In this document: in pieces, positions 1-7,782 of the stretch
How the letters are laid out: each line of letters begins with the position of its first letter
How positions within the stretch are numbered: the stretch's first letter is position 1
Assembly: GCA_016202395.1 (NCBI GenBank)
Contig: JACQOV010000108.1
Location: 1-16,706 of the forward strand
Source of the DNA: Deltaproteobacteria bacterium
GTDB lineage: Bacteria > JACQOV01
DNA: 16,706 nucleotides
Reading direction: 5' to 3'
The notes under the pieces: generated by a model
The model's input: only the letters and a program-made list of their open reading frames with translations
Databases searched by the model: none
What the model was told of the DNA's origin: nothing
Translations under genes and position numbers: made by a program

Positions 1-1
1 C

Positions 2-298
2 CTCTAAAGGAGGTAGGTCTCTGAACTCGCTAGCATTTCTCGCCTAGCCCGCCAGCAGCGCTTTGCGCAGCAATGCGGGCTGGCCACTGTAGGCTTCGCA
101 AAGCAGCTACGTCCCCCAGTTTCACCCTTGAGGAAACACGCACGGAAAGGGTAGGTTTCTCGGATCGACACCGATTGTGAGCCATCCGCTCCGCTGCTCT
201 GCTCAGCAACAGTGGCCAGCCCGCATTGCTGCGCAAAGCGCTGCTGGCGGGCACGGCTCGAAATGAACCGCTCATTCAGAGACCTACCTCCTCTAGGA
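2..298. repeat. Long imperfect palindrome (MITE-like). Outer inverted termini 2-25 / 275-298 (about 21 of 24 match). Perfect 43-bp core inverted repeat 47-89 / 210-252. About 120 bp central spacer. Left end abuts the window edge.
   Basis: I reverse-complemented the arms by hand. 47-89 (gcccgccagcagcgctttgcgcagcaatgcgggctggccactg) is the exact reverse complement of 210-252. Termini ctctaaaggaggtaggtctctgaa vs ttcagagacctacctcctctagga. Confidence 0.5.
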
Positions 299-405
299 GA
301 CACTCCAAAAAATCTCGTAAACATTCGCTTAAAAAACATCCCATTGAATCTCTTCAACTTGAAAAAGGTGGGAAAAATTCACGGGAATGTTTTGTATGAG
401 CGAAC

Positions 406-537
406 GTCGCAAGATTTTTGGGGTACCCCTCTTGGCGAAGGGAGCGTGCCCAAAGGGCCGATTTCTGCTGTTTGAGGCCGAAGGCCGAGTTCAGAAATCG
501 AGCGACCGAGCCGTAGAGGGGTCGAAAATCTTGCGAG
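406..537. repeat. Nested inverted repeats forming a roughly 130-nt imperfect hairpin (407-418/524-535; 426-431/516-521; 459-467/492-500). Candidate structured RNA or MITE remnant downstream of priA.
   Basis: tcgcaagatttt vs aaaatcttgcga; cccctc vs gagggg; cgatttctg vs cagaaatcg, all read directly from the sequence. Confidence 0.3.
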
Positions 538-628
538 TGAAACGAGAAAAAACATTTCCGTGAGCTTTTCCCACCGATAAGTCCAAAATTTTTTGAAGTC
601 GCTCAAGAAATACCTTGACCTAAAAACT

Positions 629-656
629 GGGGGGTGGGCGAGCGGGGAAATGGGGG
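629..656 (+). other. G-quadruplex-forming motif (GGGGGG-T-GGG-CGAGC-GGGG-AAAT-GGGGG) immediately 3' of the priA stop on the opposite strand.
   Basis: Four G-runs of 3 or more with loops of 1, 5 and 4 nt. Confidence 0.25.
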
Positions 657-661
657 AGTTA

Positions 662-2674
662 TTACAGAATGGATTGGGGGTCGATATCCATATCAAAACG
701 ACACGATCCCCATTGCCGAGGACGATCTCCCAAATGCTGAGACAAACGATTCAACACCACCTCCAGGGGCTTGCGATCGATCGCTTTGAGAACCAGTTGA
801 TAACGATAGCGCCCTGCCACTCGAGTGATTAAAGCGGGGGCAGGCCCCAAGAGCTCAACCTGACCTTCTATCTTGTCCCGAGCCATCCATCTCTGCAACT
901 CTTGGGCGCACTCTCCGGCGGCGGAGGCTACTTTGGGCTCCCGAATTCCCGAAAAATGAAGGCGAGCCAATCGAGAAAAAGGAGGGTATTCCAATCCTTG
1001 CCTCATCTGGAGTTCCTGCTCGTAAAATAGAGAGTAATCCTGCCGGGACGCGGCCTGAATCGCGTAATGATCGGGAGAGAAGGTCTGGATCAAAACACGG
1101 CCTAAGGCCTCTCCTCGTCCCGATCGTCCCGCAACCTGCGTCAACAATTGAAACGTCCGCTCTGCCGCCCGAAAATCGGGAAAATGAAGCGATTGATCGG
1201 CGTCCAGCACCCCCACCAAGGTGAGCCGTGGAAAATCGAGCCCTTTGGTGATCATTTGAGTCCCCACCAAAACATCGAACTTTCCATGAGCAAATCCTTC
1301 AAAAATCTCGCTATAAACTTTGCGAGAAACGATGGCATCTCGATCGATGCGCGCAATGCGGATTCCTGGAATGAGTTGTTTGAGATCTTCTTCGATTCGC
1401 TCTGTCCCTTGTCCTATGGGCAAGAGCGCGCCCCGACATTGAGCACACTGATTGGGAATGGCGATACGACTGCCGCAGTAATGACATTTAAGAATGGACT
1501 CCCTCCGATGGTAGGCCAGGCTCACGCTGCAGGCGGGGCATTCTAGCGCATCCCCACAATCCTCACAAAATAAGGTGGGAGAGAAACCTCGGCGATTGAG
1601 AAAAAGAAGAGTCTGCTCTTTGCGCTCGAAAGTTTCGCAAATCGCTTGAGAGAGGGGAGTGGAAAGCGGGGGATAGTGAGGGCCATGGGTTTGGGGATTC
1701 CGAAGATCGATGAGTGAGACCTCGGCCATCGGACGATTCCCCACACGATAGCGAATCTCAAAGGAACGCCACGGCTTTTGGCCCAATCGATACCGACTTT
1801 CAACCGAAGGGGTAGCCGACCCCAAGATTAAAAGGGAGGGGGTGAGCTGGGACCTCCAGATGGCAAGGTCACGCCCGTTGTAACGAAAACCCTCTTCCTG
1901 CTTGTAAGAAGGATCATGCTCTTCATCCACAATAATGAGCCCGAGATTCTGGAGTGGCACAAAAACGGCGGAGCGAGTTCCTAAAACCACGCGAGCCACT
2001 CCACCCATCGCTCGCATCCATGTTTCAAAGCGAGCTCCCGCTGTCATTCCACTATGATAGGCGAAAACGAGCGGGCCCCATCGAGCTCTGAATTGCTCCA
2101 TGAGCTGTGGGGTCAAAGCAATCTCGGGAACCAACACCAGAGCGGATTTTCCCCGTTCCAATATCTTTTCGGTCGCCCGAAGATAGATCTCTGTTTTACC
2201 ACTCCCCGTGACCCCCTGAAGCAAGAAAGGGGCAAAACGATCCCCTTCCAAAAACGGATTCAACTCGTCCAATATCTTTTCCTGCTCCAAGGTTAAAGCC
2301 AACGAAGGGCTGGATCTTTTTTCAACCTTCCCCTCTCTCTCTTTAGGAAATCGCTTGGCCTTAGGGAGAACCGCTTTTAAGGCCTCTCCTAAAGGGAATC
2401 GATAATAACGGGCCGCGCGCGTATAAAAATCGAGATCCTTGGAACCAAAGAGAGGCTCACCATCGATTATCTTTTGAATCGCCTTGATGGGACCGCTAGG
2501 TTTAGAGGGGGCCGCTCTTACAAGGTAGCCCATCTGCAACTGTCTCCCTACGGTAACAACAACCCGTTTACCGATTTGCGCCAAAGGCTCAAGCTCTTTG
2601 GGAACTTCGTAAGTGAACGGATGGTCGACCGGGATCGGCAAGGCGACCTCGAAAAAACTTTCCCCCATAACCAT
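662..2674 (-). CDS. priA: Primosomal protein N' (replication restart helicase PriA).
   Basis: 670 aa. Walker A GVTGSGKTEIYL and DEEHD box. Cys-rich zinc-binding segment CEDCGDALECPACSVSLAYHRRESILKCHYCGS. N-terminus MVMGESFFEVALPIPVDHPFTYEVP is typical of PriA. ATG at 2674, or 2668 as an alternative. Confidence 0.9.
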   Translation of the reverse strand: MVMGESFFEVALPIPVDHPFTYEVPKELEPLAQIGKRVVVTVGRQLQMGYLVRAAPSKPSGPIKAIQKIIDGEPLFGSKDLDFYTRAARYYRFPLGEALKAVLPKAKRFPKEREGKVEKRSSPSLALTLEQEKILDELNPFLEGDRFAPFLLQGVTGSGKTEIYLRATEKILERGKSALVLVPEIALTPQLMEQFRARWGPLVFAYHSGMTAGARFETWMRAMGGVARVVLGTRSAVFVPLQNLGLIIVDEEHDPSYKQEEGFRYNGRDLAIWRSQLTPSLLILGSATPSVESRYRLGQKPWRSFEIRYRVGNRPMAEVSLIDLRNPQTHGPHYPPLSTPLSQAICETFERKEQTLLFLNRRGFSPTLFCEDCGDALECPACSVSLAYHRRESILKCHYCGSRIAIPNQCAQCRGALLPIGQGTERIEEDLKQLIPGIRIARIDRDAIVSRKVYSEIFEGFAHGKFDVLVGTQMITKGLDFPRLTLVGVLDADQSLHFPDFRAAERTFQLLTQVAGRSGRGEALGRVLIQTFSPDHYAIQAASRQDYSLFYEQELQMRQGLEYPPFSRLARLHFSGIREPKVASAAGECAQELQRWMARDKIEGQVELLGPAPALITRVAGRYRYQLVLKAIDRKPLEVVLNRLSQHLGDRPRQWGSCRFDMDIDPQSIL

Positions 2675-2721
2675 GATGGGATCCTATCGGCAACCGGTCT
2701 TGCCGTCAATCTGTGCGGATA

Positions 2722-2738
2722 TGACAATATTTGACAAT
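2722..2738 (+). promoter_or_regulatory. Tandem direct repeat TGACAAT(A/T)T x2 spaced 10 bp apart (2722-2728, 2732-2738). Candidate upstream activator or operator site about 100 bp upstream of the sigma-54 promoter.
   Basis: atgacaatat ttgacaattt. The one-helical-turn spacing suggests a dimeric binding site. Confidence 0.3.
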
Positions 2739-2780
2739 TTTTCGTATACCAAAAAAGGCCGCCCTTTCAAAAAAACAAAT

Positions 2781-2805
2781 TTACTCATTTAAAATCAATG
2801 AGTTA
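2781..2805 (+). promoter_or_regulatory. AT-rich inverted repeat TTACTCATT-N7-AATGAGTTA. Candidate operator or enhancer-binding-protein site.
   Basis: actcatt (2783-2789) and aatgagt (2797-2803) are exact reverse complements. Sits 20-40 bp upstream of the -24 element. Confidence 0.3.
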
Positions 2806-2819
2806 AAAAATGGCCCTAA

Positions 2820-2837
2820 TTGGCACCGTTCTTGCAT
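2820..2837 (+). promoter_or_regulatory. Sigma-54 (RpoN) -24/-12 promoter TTGGCAC-N5-TTGCAT. GG at 2822-2823, GC at 2834-2835, 12 nt apart. Predicted transcription start around 2847, leaving a roughly 29-nt leader with SD AAAGGAGG (2863-2870) before the ATG at 2876.
   Basis: Matches consensus YTGGCACGrNNNTTGCW apart from one C-for-G; the GG-to-GC spacing matches it exactly. Confidence 0.55.
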
Positions 2838-2875
2838 AACCCTTTCGTAGACAAAAACCTTTAAAGGAGGTTCCT

Positions 2876-4525
2876 ATGAAAAAGTTTCAATTCGTAATAA
2901 CTATTTTAGGCCTATTCGCATTAATTGGTCTTGGGTGCGGAGGGAGCTCAAGCTCTACCAGCGCCTCCACCGATACGGATAGCGATAGTGACACCACAAC
3001 GACCGAGAACGCACTCGCTGCTGAGGCATATCCGTCGGATCTGGTGATCACCTCGCCCACCGCCTCGAGCTCTGGATCGGCACTGAGAGCGGCATTGACT
3101 CGCACTGCGGCCGTAGACGAACCGGCTGGCGAACCAAAGACCATGGATGTATCTACGGAGGAATTTAAACCTCTACCTCCTTCTGAAATGAAGGAGAACA
3201 TTGCAACAATACTCGAGGCGGACTCGGAAGATGGCTGCGCCTTCTCTCTCTACATGGGGGCCCCAACAGGTTCCGCCAACTGTTATGGACCTAGCGTGAA
3301 CTATTCCAACCATCCTAACGCCAGCCAACAGGGGCAAAACCCTGGCCTTCAAACGGCCAGTGGACAACTCCCCTCCGGAGACCTCGGAATCTGGACGGAG
3401 AACGAGGCGAGCACGGGAGAGGCCTGTATCGCCGCTAAACTCAATGCCCAGGTTTCCGAGTTCGGAGCGATGCTCGACATGGCAATCAACTCCTTTGCCT
3501 CGATGATGTGCGTGGGGAAGGTCAATGATCAAGAGCCCCCTTCTGAAGTAGGCGAAGTGTTGGATCTAACAGAGATCTTCGAAGATTCTGGGGCAGCCCC
3601 TTTCACCGTTGAAGAAGCAACGACGACCCGTGAGGAGGATACCGCCGAAGGGAACGAAAACTTTGAATCCACCCTTGCGATGTCGGTTGGAATGGTGACT
3701 GAAGGAGAGACGGTGGATCTGTCGGGAGAATGTACACTGGATCACGTTAAGTTGAATGACGACAACACCCTCTACGAAGGGCACTTGACCTGTGTCATGA
3801 CGCGAGAGGTCTTCCCCGGAGAACCCACGGGGGGTTGCACCGATCCCAATGAGGACACACTCACGGATGCCCTCTCCATCGTTTATGAAAAGGCCACTGC
3901 AGACTCCCTTAATTATGAGGTCCGAAAGGCCACGTTCTGTGGAGAACTCACACTGGCCGATGTGATCACCGACGGGGAAGTGAACACTTCGGGCTGGGCC
4001 GGCAACTATCACTATGCCCTCTTCAATATGGATCCCGATACGTTCGAAGGGAACTTTGAATACGCCTGGCAGGCTGGAAGCGGAGACAGCAACACCCGAG
4101 CGTTTAACCTCTCTCTCACAGAGGATGAAGCAGAAACCGTGAGTGGCTGTGGGTACTTCGGTTACGGCCCGGCGGTGACCTCGGCTAATCTGGGTATGAT
4201 CGACGAGTTTATCTGCAACTGGGCGGGGCCTGGGAATAGTCACGACGGGCTCTTGAAAGCGCAACGCCAATGTATCACCAAATCGGCAACGGATACGGAG
4301 TTCCAATCGGTGAGCGCGAATCTGGATATCGTCTATGCGCCCACGAACAGTTGCGATGCCTCTGCGGGAGGTAACTTCACCTACACTGCCACTGGCACCC
4401 CCGCGGGAGGGACTCCAGGGGTGAGCCTGGATCGCTCTACAGCGACCACTGCGGTCACGCATGATCTCTTTCTGCTCTCGAATATCACCGACTTCACCGC
4501 CCCTACGGCGCCCGACGTTGATTAA
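2876..4525 (+). CDS. Secreted acidic Cys-rich lipoprotein (549 aa). No recognisable catalytic motif.
   Basis: Strong SD AAAGGAGG 5 nt upstream. Signal peptide MKKFQFVITILGLFALIGLGC followed by GGSSSSTSAS linker. Very D/E/T/S-rich with about 18 cysteines (likely disulfides). Coding periodicity is maintained over 1.65 kb. Confidence 0.85.
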   Translation: MKKFQFVITILGLFALIGLGCGGSSSSTSASTDTDSDSDTTTTENALAAEAYPSDLVITSPTASSSGSALRAALTRTAAVDEPAGEPKTMDVSTEEFKPLPPSEMKENIATILEADSEDGCAFSLYMGAPTGSANCYGPSVNYSNHPNASQQGQNPGLQTASGQLPSGDLGIWTENEASTGEACIAAKLNAQVSEFGAMLDMAINSFASMMCVGKVNDQEPPSEVGEVLDLTEIFEDSGAAPFTVEEATTTREEDTAEGNENFESTLAMSVGMVTEGETVDLSGECTLDHVKLNDDNTLYEGHLTCVMTREVFPGEPTGGCTDPNEDTLTDALSIVYEKATADSLNYEVRKATFCGELTLADVITDGEVNTSGWAGNYHYALFNMDPDTFEGNFEYAWQAGSGDSNTRAFNLSLTEDEAETVSGCGYFGYGPAVTSANLGMIDEFICNWAGPGNSHDGLLKAQRQCITKSATDTEFQSVSANLDIVYAPTNSCDASAGGNFTYTATGTPAGGTPGVSLDRSTATTAVTHDLFLLSNITDFTAPTAPDVD

Positions 4526-4537
4526 GAAATCGAACAT

Positions 4538-4567
4538 GGGGACAGGTTTTTTAAGAAACCTGTCCCC
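4538..4567. terminator. Perfect 12-bp-stem hairpin GGGGACAGGTTT-ttaag-AAACCTGTCCCC between the lipoprotein gene and the oxidoreductase gene. No flanking U-tract on either strand.
   Basis: Checked by hand. Stem 4538-4549 / 4556-4567, loop 6 nt. The T-run lies inside the stem rather than after it. Confidence 0.4.
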
Positions 4568-4626
4568 ACAGGGTTGTGGGGAAGTTATCTTGTCAAGAAG
4601 AACGTTCTGAGATAGACTGCGTTTGC

Positions 4627-6213
4627 ATGTCTGAACAAAATACCTTCTATGACTACATTGTTGTCGGTTCGGGGTTTGGAGGATCTGTCTCGGCTCTGCG
4701 ACTTGCGGAGAAGGGTTATAAAGTCGCTGTTTTGGAATCTGGGAAACGTTGGGCGGACCACGATTTCCCCAAAACCAACTGGAACGTTTTTAAATTCCTC
4801 TGGTTCCCCAAAGTATTGATGCGAGGCTTTCAAAAAATCACCTTCTTCAAAAGGGTGATGATCCTCTCGGGAACGGGAGTGGGCGGGGGATCTCTCGTTT
4901 ATGCCAACACCTTGCTCACCCCCCCGGATCGATTTTATCAAGACCCTGTCTGGAAAAATCTCGCCGATTGGAAAAAAGAGCTCGCCCCCCACTACGAAGT
5001 GGCTAAAAGAATGCTCGGTGTTACCCCCTATCCCTCACGAAGTCCCGCCGATGAAGCGCTTAAAAAAGGGGCCGATGCCCTGGGTTATGGTCATACCCAG
5101 TACAATGTGAATGTTGGGGTTTTTTTCGGCGAGCCCGGAAAGACGGTGAAAGATCCTTACTTCGGAGGGAAAGGACCCGATCGCGCCGGATGCACCGAGT
5201 GCGGTGGATGCATGGTCGGCTGCCGTCACAACGCAAAAAACACTTTGGTCAAAAACTATCTCTACTTCGCTGAGAAAAAAGGGGTTCAAATCTTTCCGGA
5301 AACACGGGTCGAAAAAATTATCCCAACCGAGGAAGGCTATCAACTGGCGACCTATCGATCGACACAAGTCCTGGGCAAAACGGAGAAGATTTATCGCGCC
5401 AAAGGGATTGTTCTCTCCGGGGGAGTGCTCGGCACCGTCAAACTTTTGTTCCAATGTCGCGACTATTACAAAACGCTCCCTCACCTCTCGTCGAGGTTAG
5501 GCGATTTTGCTCGAACCAATAGCGAGGCCCTTTTAGGAGTCTTCGCAAAATCGCGGAAGGTCGATTACTCCCAAGGAATCGCGATTACGAGCGGAGTTCA
5601 TGCGAACGATCATACCCATATCGAGGTCGTTCGTTATCCGAAAGGCTCTGGCCTGATGGGACTTCTAGGATGTCTGCTCGTAGGGCCGGGTTCTCGTTGG
5701 ATCCGTCCTTTAAAACTCTTTCTTCACATGCTGCTGCGCCCTTGGGTGTGGCTGCTGACCTATCTCGCTCCAGGTTGGTCTCAGAGATCGATCATCCTTC
5801 TAGTGATGCAAACGCTAGACAATCACATGAAGTTTCGACTCCAAAGAAAGAGACTCACGACTGAGTTTGGAGACTCTCCCCCTCCTCCGTCGTATGTGAA
5901 AGAAGGGAATGAACTGGCCGAACAGATTGCCAAATCGATCAATGGCATTCCGCTAGGCTCCATTTCAGAAACCGTCTTTGGCCTTCCCACCACAGCCCAT
6001 ATCTTAGGAGGATGCCCCATCGGTAAAGACCGTGAGCATGGCGTTATCGATCCTTTCCATAGAGTTTTCGGTTATCCCAATATGTATGTGGCGGATGGTT
6101 CGATGATCCCGGCTAATCTCGGGGTGAACCCTTCACTGACTATCACCGCCATGTCGGAACGGGCGATGAGTTACATCGCTGCCAAAGAGCAAGTTCAAGC
6201 GAAAGCGGCGTAG
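4627..6213 (+). CDS. GMC-family FAD-dependent oxidoreductase (cholesterol/choline-oxidase-like).
   Basis: N-terminal Rossmann motif DYIVVGSGFGGSVSALRLAEKGYKVAVLESG. GTGVGGGSLVYAN. C-terminal GMC signature GYPNMYVADGSMIPANLGVNPSLTITAMSERA. ATG at 4627 chosen over the ORF-track GTG at 4576 because the FAD motif follows directly. No clear SD. Confidence 0.85.
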   Translation: MSEQNTFYDYIVVGSGFGGSVSALRLAEKGYKVAVLESGKRWADHDFPKTNWNVFKFLWFPKVLMRGFQKITFFKRVMILSGTGVGGGSLVYANTLLTPPDRFYQDPVWKNLADWKKELAPHYEVAKRMLGVTPYPSRSPADEALKKGADALGYGHTQYNVNVGVFFGEPGKTVKDPYFGGKGPDRAGCTECGGCMVGCRHNAKNTLVKNYLYFAEKKGVQIFPETRVEKIIPTEEGYQLATYRSTQVLGKTEKIYRAKGIVLSGGVLGTVKLLFQCRDYYKTLPHLSSRLGDFARTNSEALLGVFAKSRKVDYSQGIAITSGVHANDHTHIEVVRYPKGSGLMGLLGCLLVGPGSRWIRPLKLFLHMLLRPWVWLLTYLAPGWSQRSIILLVMQTLDNHMKFRLQRKRLTTEFGDSPPPPSYVKEGNELAEQIAKSINGIPLGSISETVFGLPTTAHILGGCPIGKDREHGVIDPFHRVFGYPNMYVADGSMIPANLGVNPSLTITAMSERAMSYIAAKEQVQAKAA

Positions 6214-6569
6214 TTCAAAATCAACGCAACAAGAGCGGGAAGCGCTTGTATCACCCAAATCGTCCGGTTGGCAGTGAACCCGCCATAGAGGCCCGCGACG
6301 ACAACACAAATCAAGAAAAATAACTTGAATTCAAGGTTATTCGACCCCAGTCCCCACAATAATCCCGCGGCTAGAAATCCGTTGTAGAGCCCTTGATTGG
6401 CTGCAAGCGTGGCCGAGAATTTGGATTGTTCTGGGGTCATTTGGAAGATTTTTCTCCCTACCGGATGATCCCAGAGAAACATTTCCAAAATCAAAAACCC
6501 GATATGGCTCACTGCAACAAAAACTACTGCGACATTTGCGAGTAAACTCACCAACGCACTCCTCGTCAT
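6195..6569 (-). CDS. Small integral membrane protein (4 predicted TM helices), DUF1304-like.
   Basis: 124 aa, ATG at 6569, hydrophobic segments throughout. The 3' end overlaps the convergent oxidoreductase gene by 19 bp. The family name is from memory only. Confidence 0.55.
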   Translation of the reverse strand: MTRSALVSLLANVAVVFVAVSHIGFLILEMFLWDHPVGRKIFQMTPEQSKFSATLAANQGLYNGFLAAGLLWGLGSNNLEFKLFFLICVVVAGLYGGFTANRTIWVIQALPALVALILNYAAFA

Positions 6570-6612
6570 TGTTTGTGATTTATCAAGAACAGTTAAAACT
6601 GATCCCGTCTGC

Positions 6613-6873
6613 TCATACCTTGATCATCTCTATGGGTAGCTCCTTGCCACAATGCTTACAAACGATGGCATCTTCTTTAATGATCTCTGCACAGTAGGGA
6701 CATTTTTTGGTATATCCTGTAGATACCAGAGGTGGAAACACAATAATAACAGCAATAAGTAACGGAACAATGGCGCATAAGAAAAACCACACTATCGGAT
6801 TGCGCCCCTTCCTTCTAGCTATAATGCCACCTATAACGCCTGCAATAGCAAGCAGAATAACATATCTAAGCAA
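6613..6873 (-). CDS. Tiny membrane protein with C-terminal C4 zinc ribbon (CPYC...CKHC).
   Basis: 86 aa. TTG start at 6873 with SD GGAGG 6 nt upstream. Two hydrophobic helices, then CPYCAEIIKEDAIVCKHCG. Confidence 0.6.
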   Translation of the reverse strand: MLRYVILLAIAGVIGGIIARRKGRNPIVWFFLCAIVPLLIAVIIVFPPLVSTGYTKKCPYCAEIIKEDAIVCKHCGKELPIEMIKV

Positions 6874-6924
6874 TGGATGCCTCCAAGATTATTCGTTAAC
6901 GAAGCGCTATTCATAGCGCTTCAT

Positions 6925-7782
6925 TTATCTTTTCTGTATCTCACCTACGCCAATAAATGGCACAGCCCCAGCCCCTGTAACCTGGGGGAGGATTCCGTTC
7001 CATTTATCTATAGCCTTGAGATTGGCCTCTATCTTTCTAAGCTCTATAAGGTCCGGCGAAATATTTGCCCTTTGCAGCCTCAGGGATTCGGCCTCTGCCC
7101 TGGCCGCCGTAATTGTCTGCTCTGCCTCGATCTTTATCCTATCGAGGTCTCTCTTTGCTTTTAGTGCAAGCTGTTCCGCTGTCTGTTTTGACTCAATAGC
7201 CTCCGTAAATACCTTGGAGAAGCTGAATGAGATAATAGAAAACGCATCCACTGCTATATTATATGCCATGAGTCTTTCAGCAAGCGCTGCTCTTATGGCC
7301 TCGCTGACTGCTGCCCTCTTTGTAATAAGTTCTTCTGCGGAGTACTTGGCTGACACCGCTTTCATTACCTCTTGTATTGCAGGGTCTACAATACGCTCCT
7401 TGAAGTGTACCCCAATGGTTTGATAGACAACGTTGACCTTATCAGGTATGACATGATAGTTAAGCGCAACCGCTGAACTCACATCCTGAAGATCAGCCGA
7501 GGCAGATGCGGCGCCTGTCTCTGCCTTCTGCACCTTAACATCCATGATGGAAACCGTCTGCATGATAGGCATCCTGAAATGCAGTCCTTCATTCAACACC
7601 TTATCTTGAACGGCGCCAAAATTGAGGACAATCCCTCTTTCACCTGCCCCAACCTGAACCCATGGATGTAAAAACAGAAAACTGACCAGAATGGCTCCAA
7701 TAATCAGCGCCAGCCTCATAGGTCCTTTTTTCATTGCAGACTGCACCGCCTCCTTAGCCCTGTAAACATCCCTTTCATCCAT
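6925..7782 (-). CDS. SPFH/Band-7 prohibitin-family membrane protein.
   Basis: ATG at 7782 with perfect SD AAAGGAGG 7 nt upstream (the ORF-track TTG at 7800 is rejected). N-terminal TM helix (LALIIGAILVSFLFLHPWV), SPFH core, and C-terminal coiled coil KQTAEQLALKAKRDLDRIKIEAEQTITAARAEAESLRLQRA typical of prohibitins. Confidence 0.85.
   Translation of the reverse strand: MDERDVYRAKEAVQSAMKKGPMRLALIIGAILVSFLFLHPWVQVGAGERGIVLNFGAVQDKVLNEGLHFRMPIMQTVSIMDVKVQKAETGAASASADLQDVSSAVALNYHVIPDKVNVVYQTIGVHFKERIVDPAIQEVMKAVSAKYSAEELITKRAAVSEAIRAALAERLMAYNIAVDAFSIISFSFSKVFTEAIESKQTAEQLALKAKRDLDRIKIEAEQTITAARAEAESLRLQRANISPDLIELRKIEANLKAIDKWNGILPQVTGAGAVPFIGVGEIQKR

Noticed and set aside
4-475. ORFs 4-357(-), 30-275(-) and 212-475(+).
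   Set aside because: All three lie inside the long palindrome, so either strand gives open frames. None has an SD, a motif or a plausible composition.
379-832. ORFs 379-696(-) and 593-832(+).
   Set aside because: They sit in the hairpin-rich priA 3' region or antisense to the priA C-terminus. Both are low-complexity with no start-site support.
1148-2734. ORFs 1148-1546(+), 1543-1803(-, off-frame), 2054-2296(+) and 2474-2734(+).
   Set aside because: Completely embedded in, or antisense to, the well-supported priA gene.
2754-2767. Mini-hairpin AAAGG-ccgc-CCTTT flanked by A-runs in the priA/lipoprotein divergent region.
   Set aside because: A 5-bp stem is too weak to call a terminator or regulatory element on its own.
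2887-4537. Antisense ORFs 2887-3201, 3173-3532 and 3566-4537 (323 aa).
   Set aside because: Opposite the strongly supported lipoprotein gene (SD plus signal peptide). They are Arg/Gly-rich, as is typical of antisense frames in GC-rich coding DNA.
4576-4626. GTG start at 4576 for the oxidoreductase.
   Set aside because: It would add a 17-aa extension before the FAD-binding Rossmann motif. ATG 4627 places DYIVVGSGFGG at the canonical position. Neither start has an SD, so this call is tentative.
4585-6020. ORFs 4585-4992(-), 4901-5110(+), 5035-5484(-), 5204-5500(+), 5670-5864(+) and 5823-6020(-).
   Set aside because: Internal or antisense to the GMC oxidoreductase gene.
6707-7423. ORFs 6707-6916(+), 6877-7164(+) and 7016-7423(+).
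   Set aside because: Antisense to the zinc-ribbon and SPFH genes, which have strong SDs and clear domain signatures.
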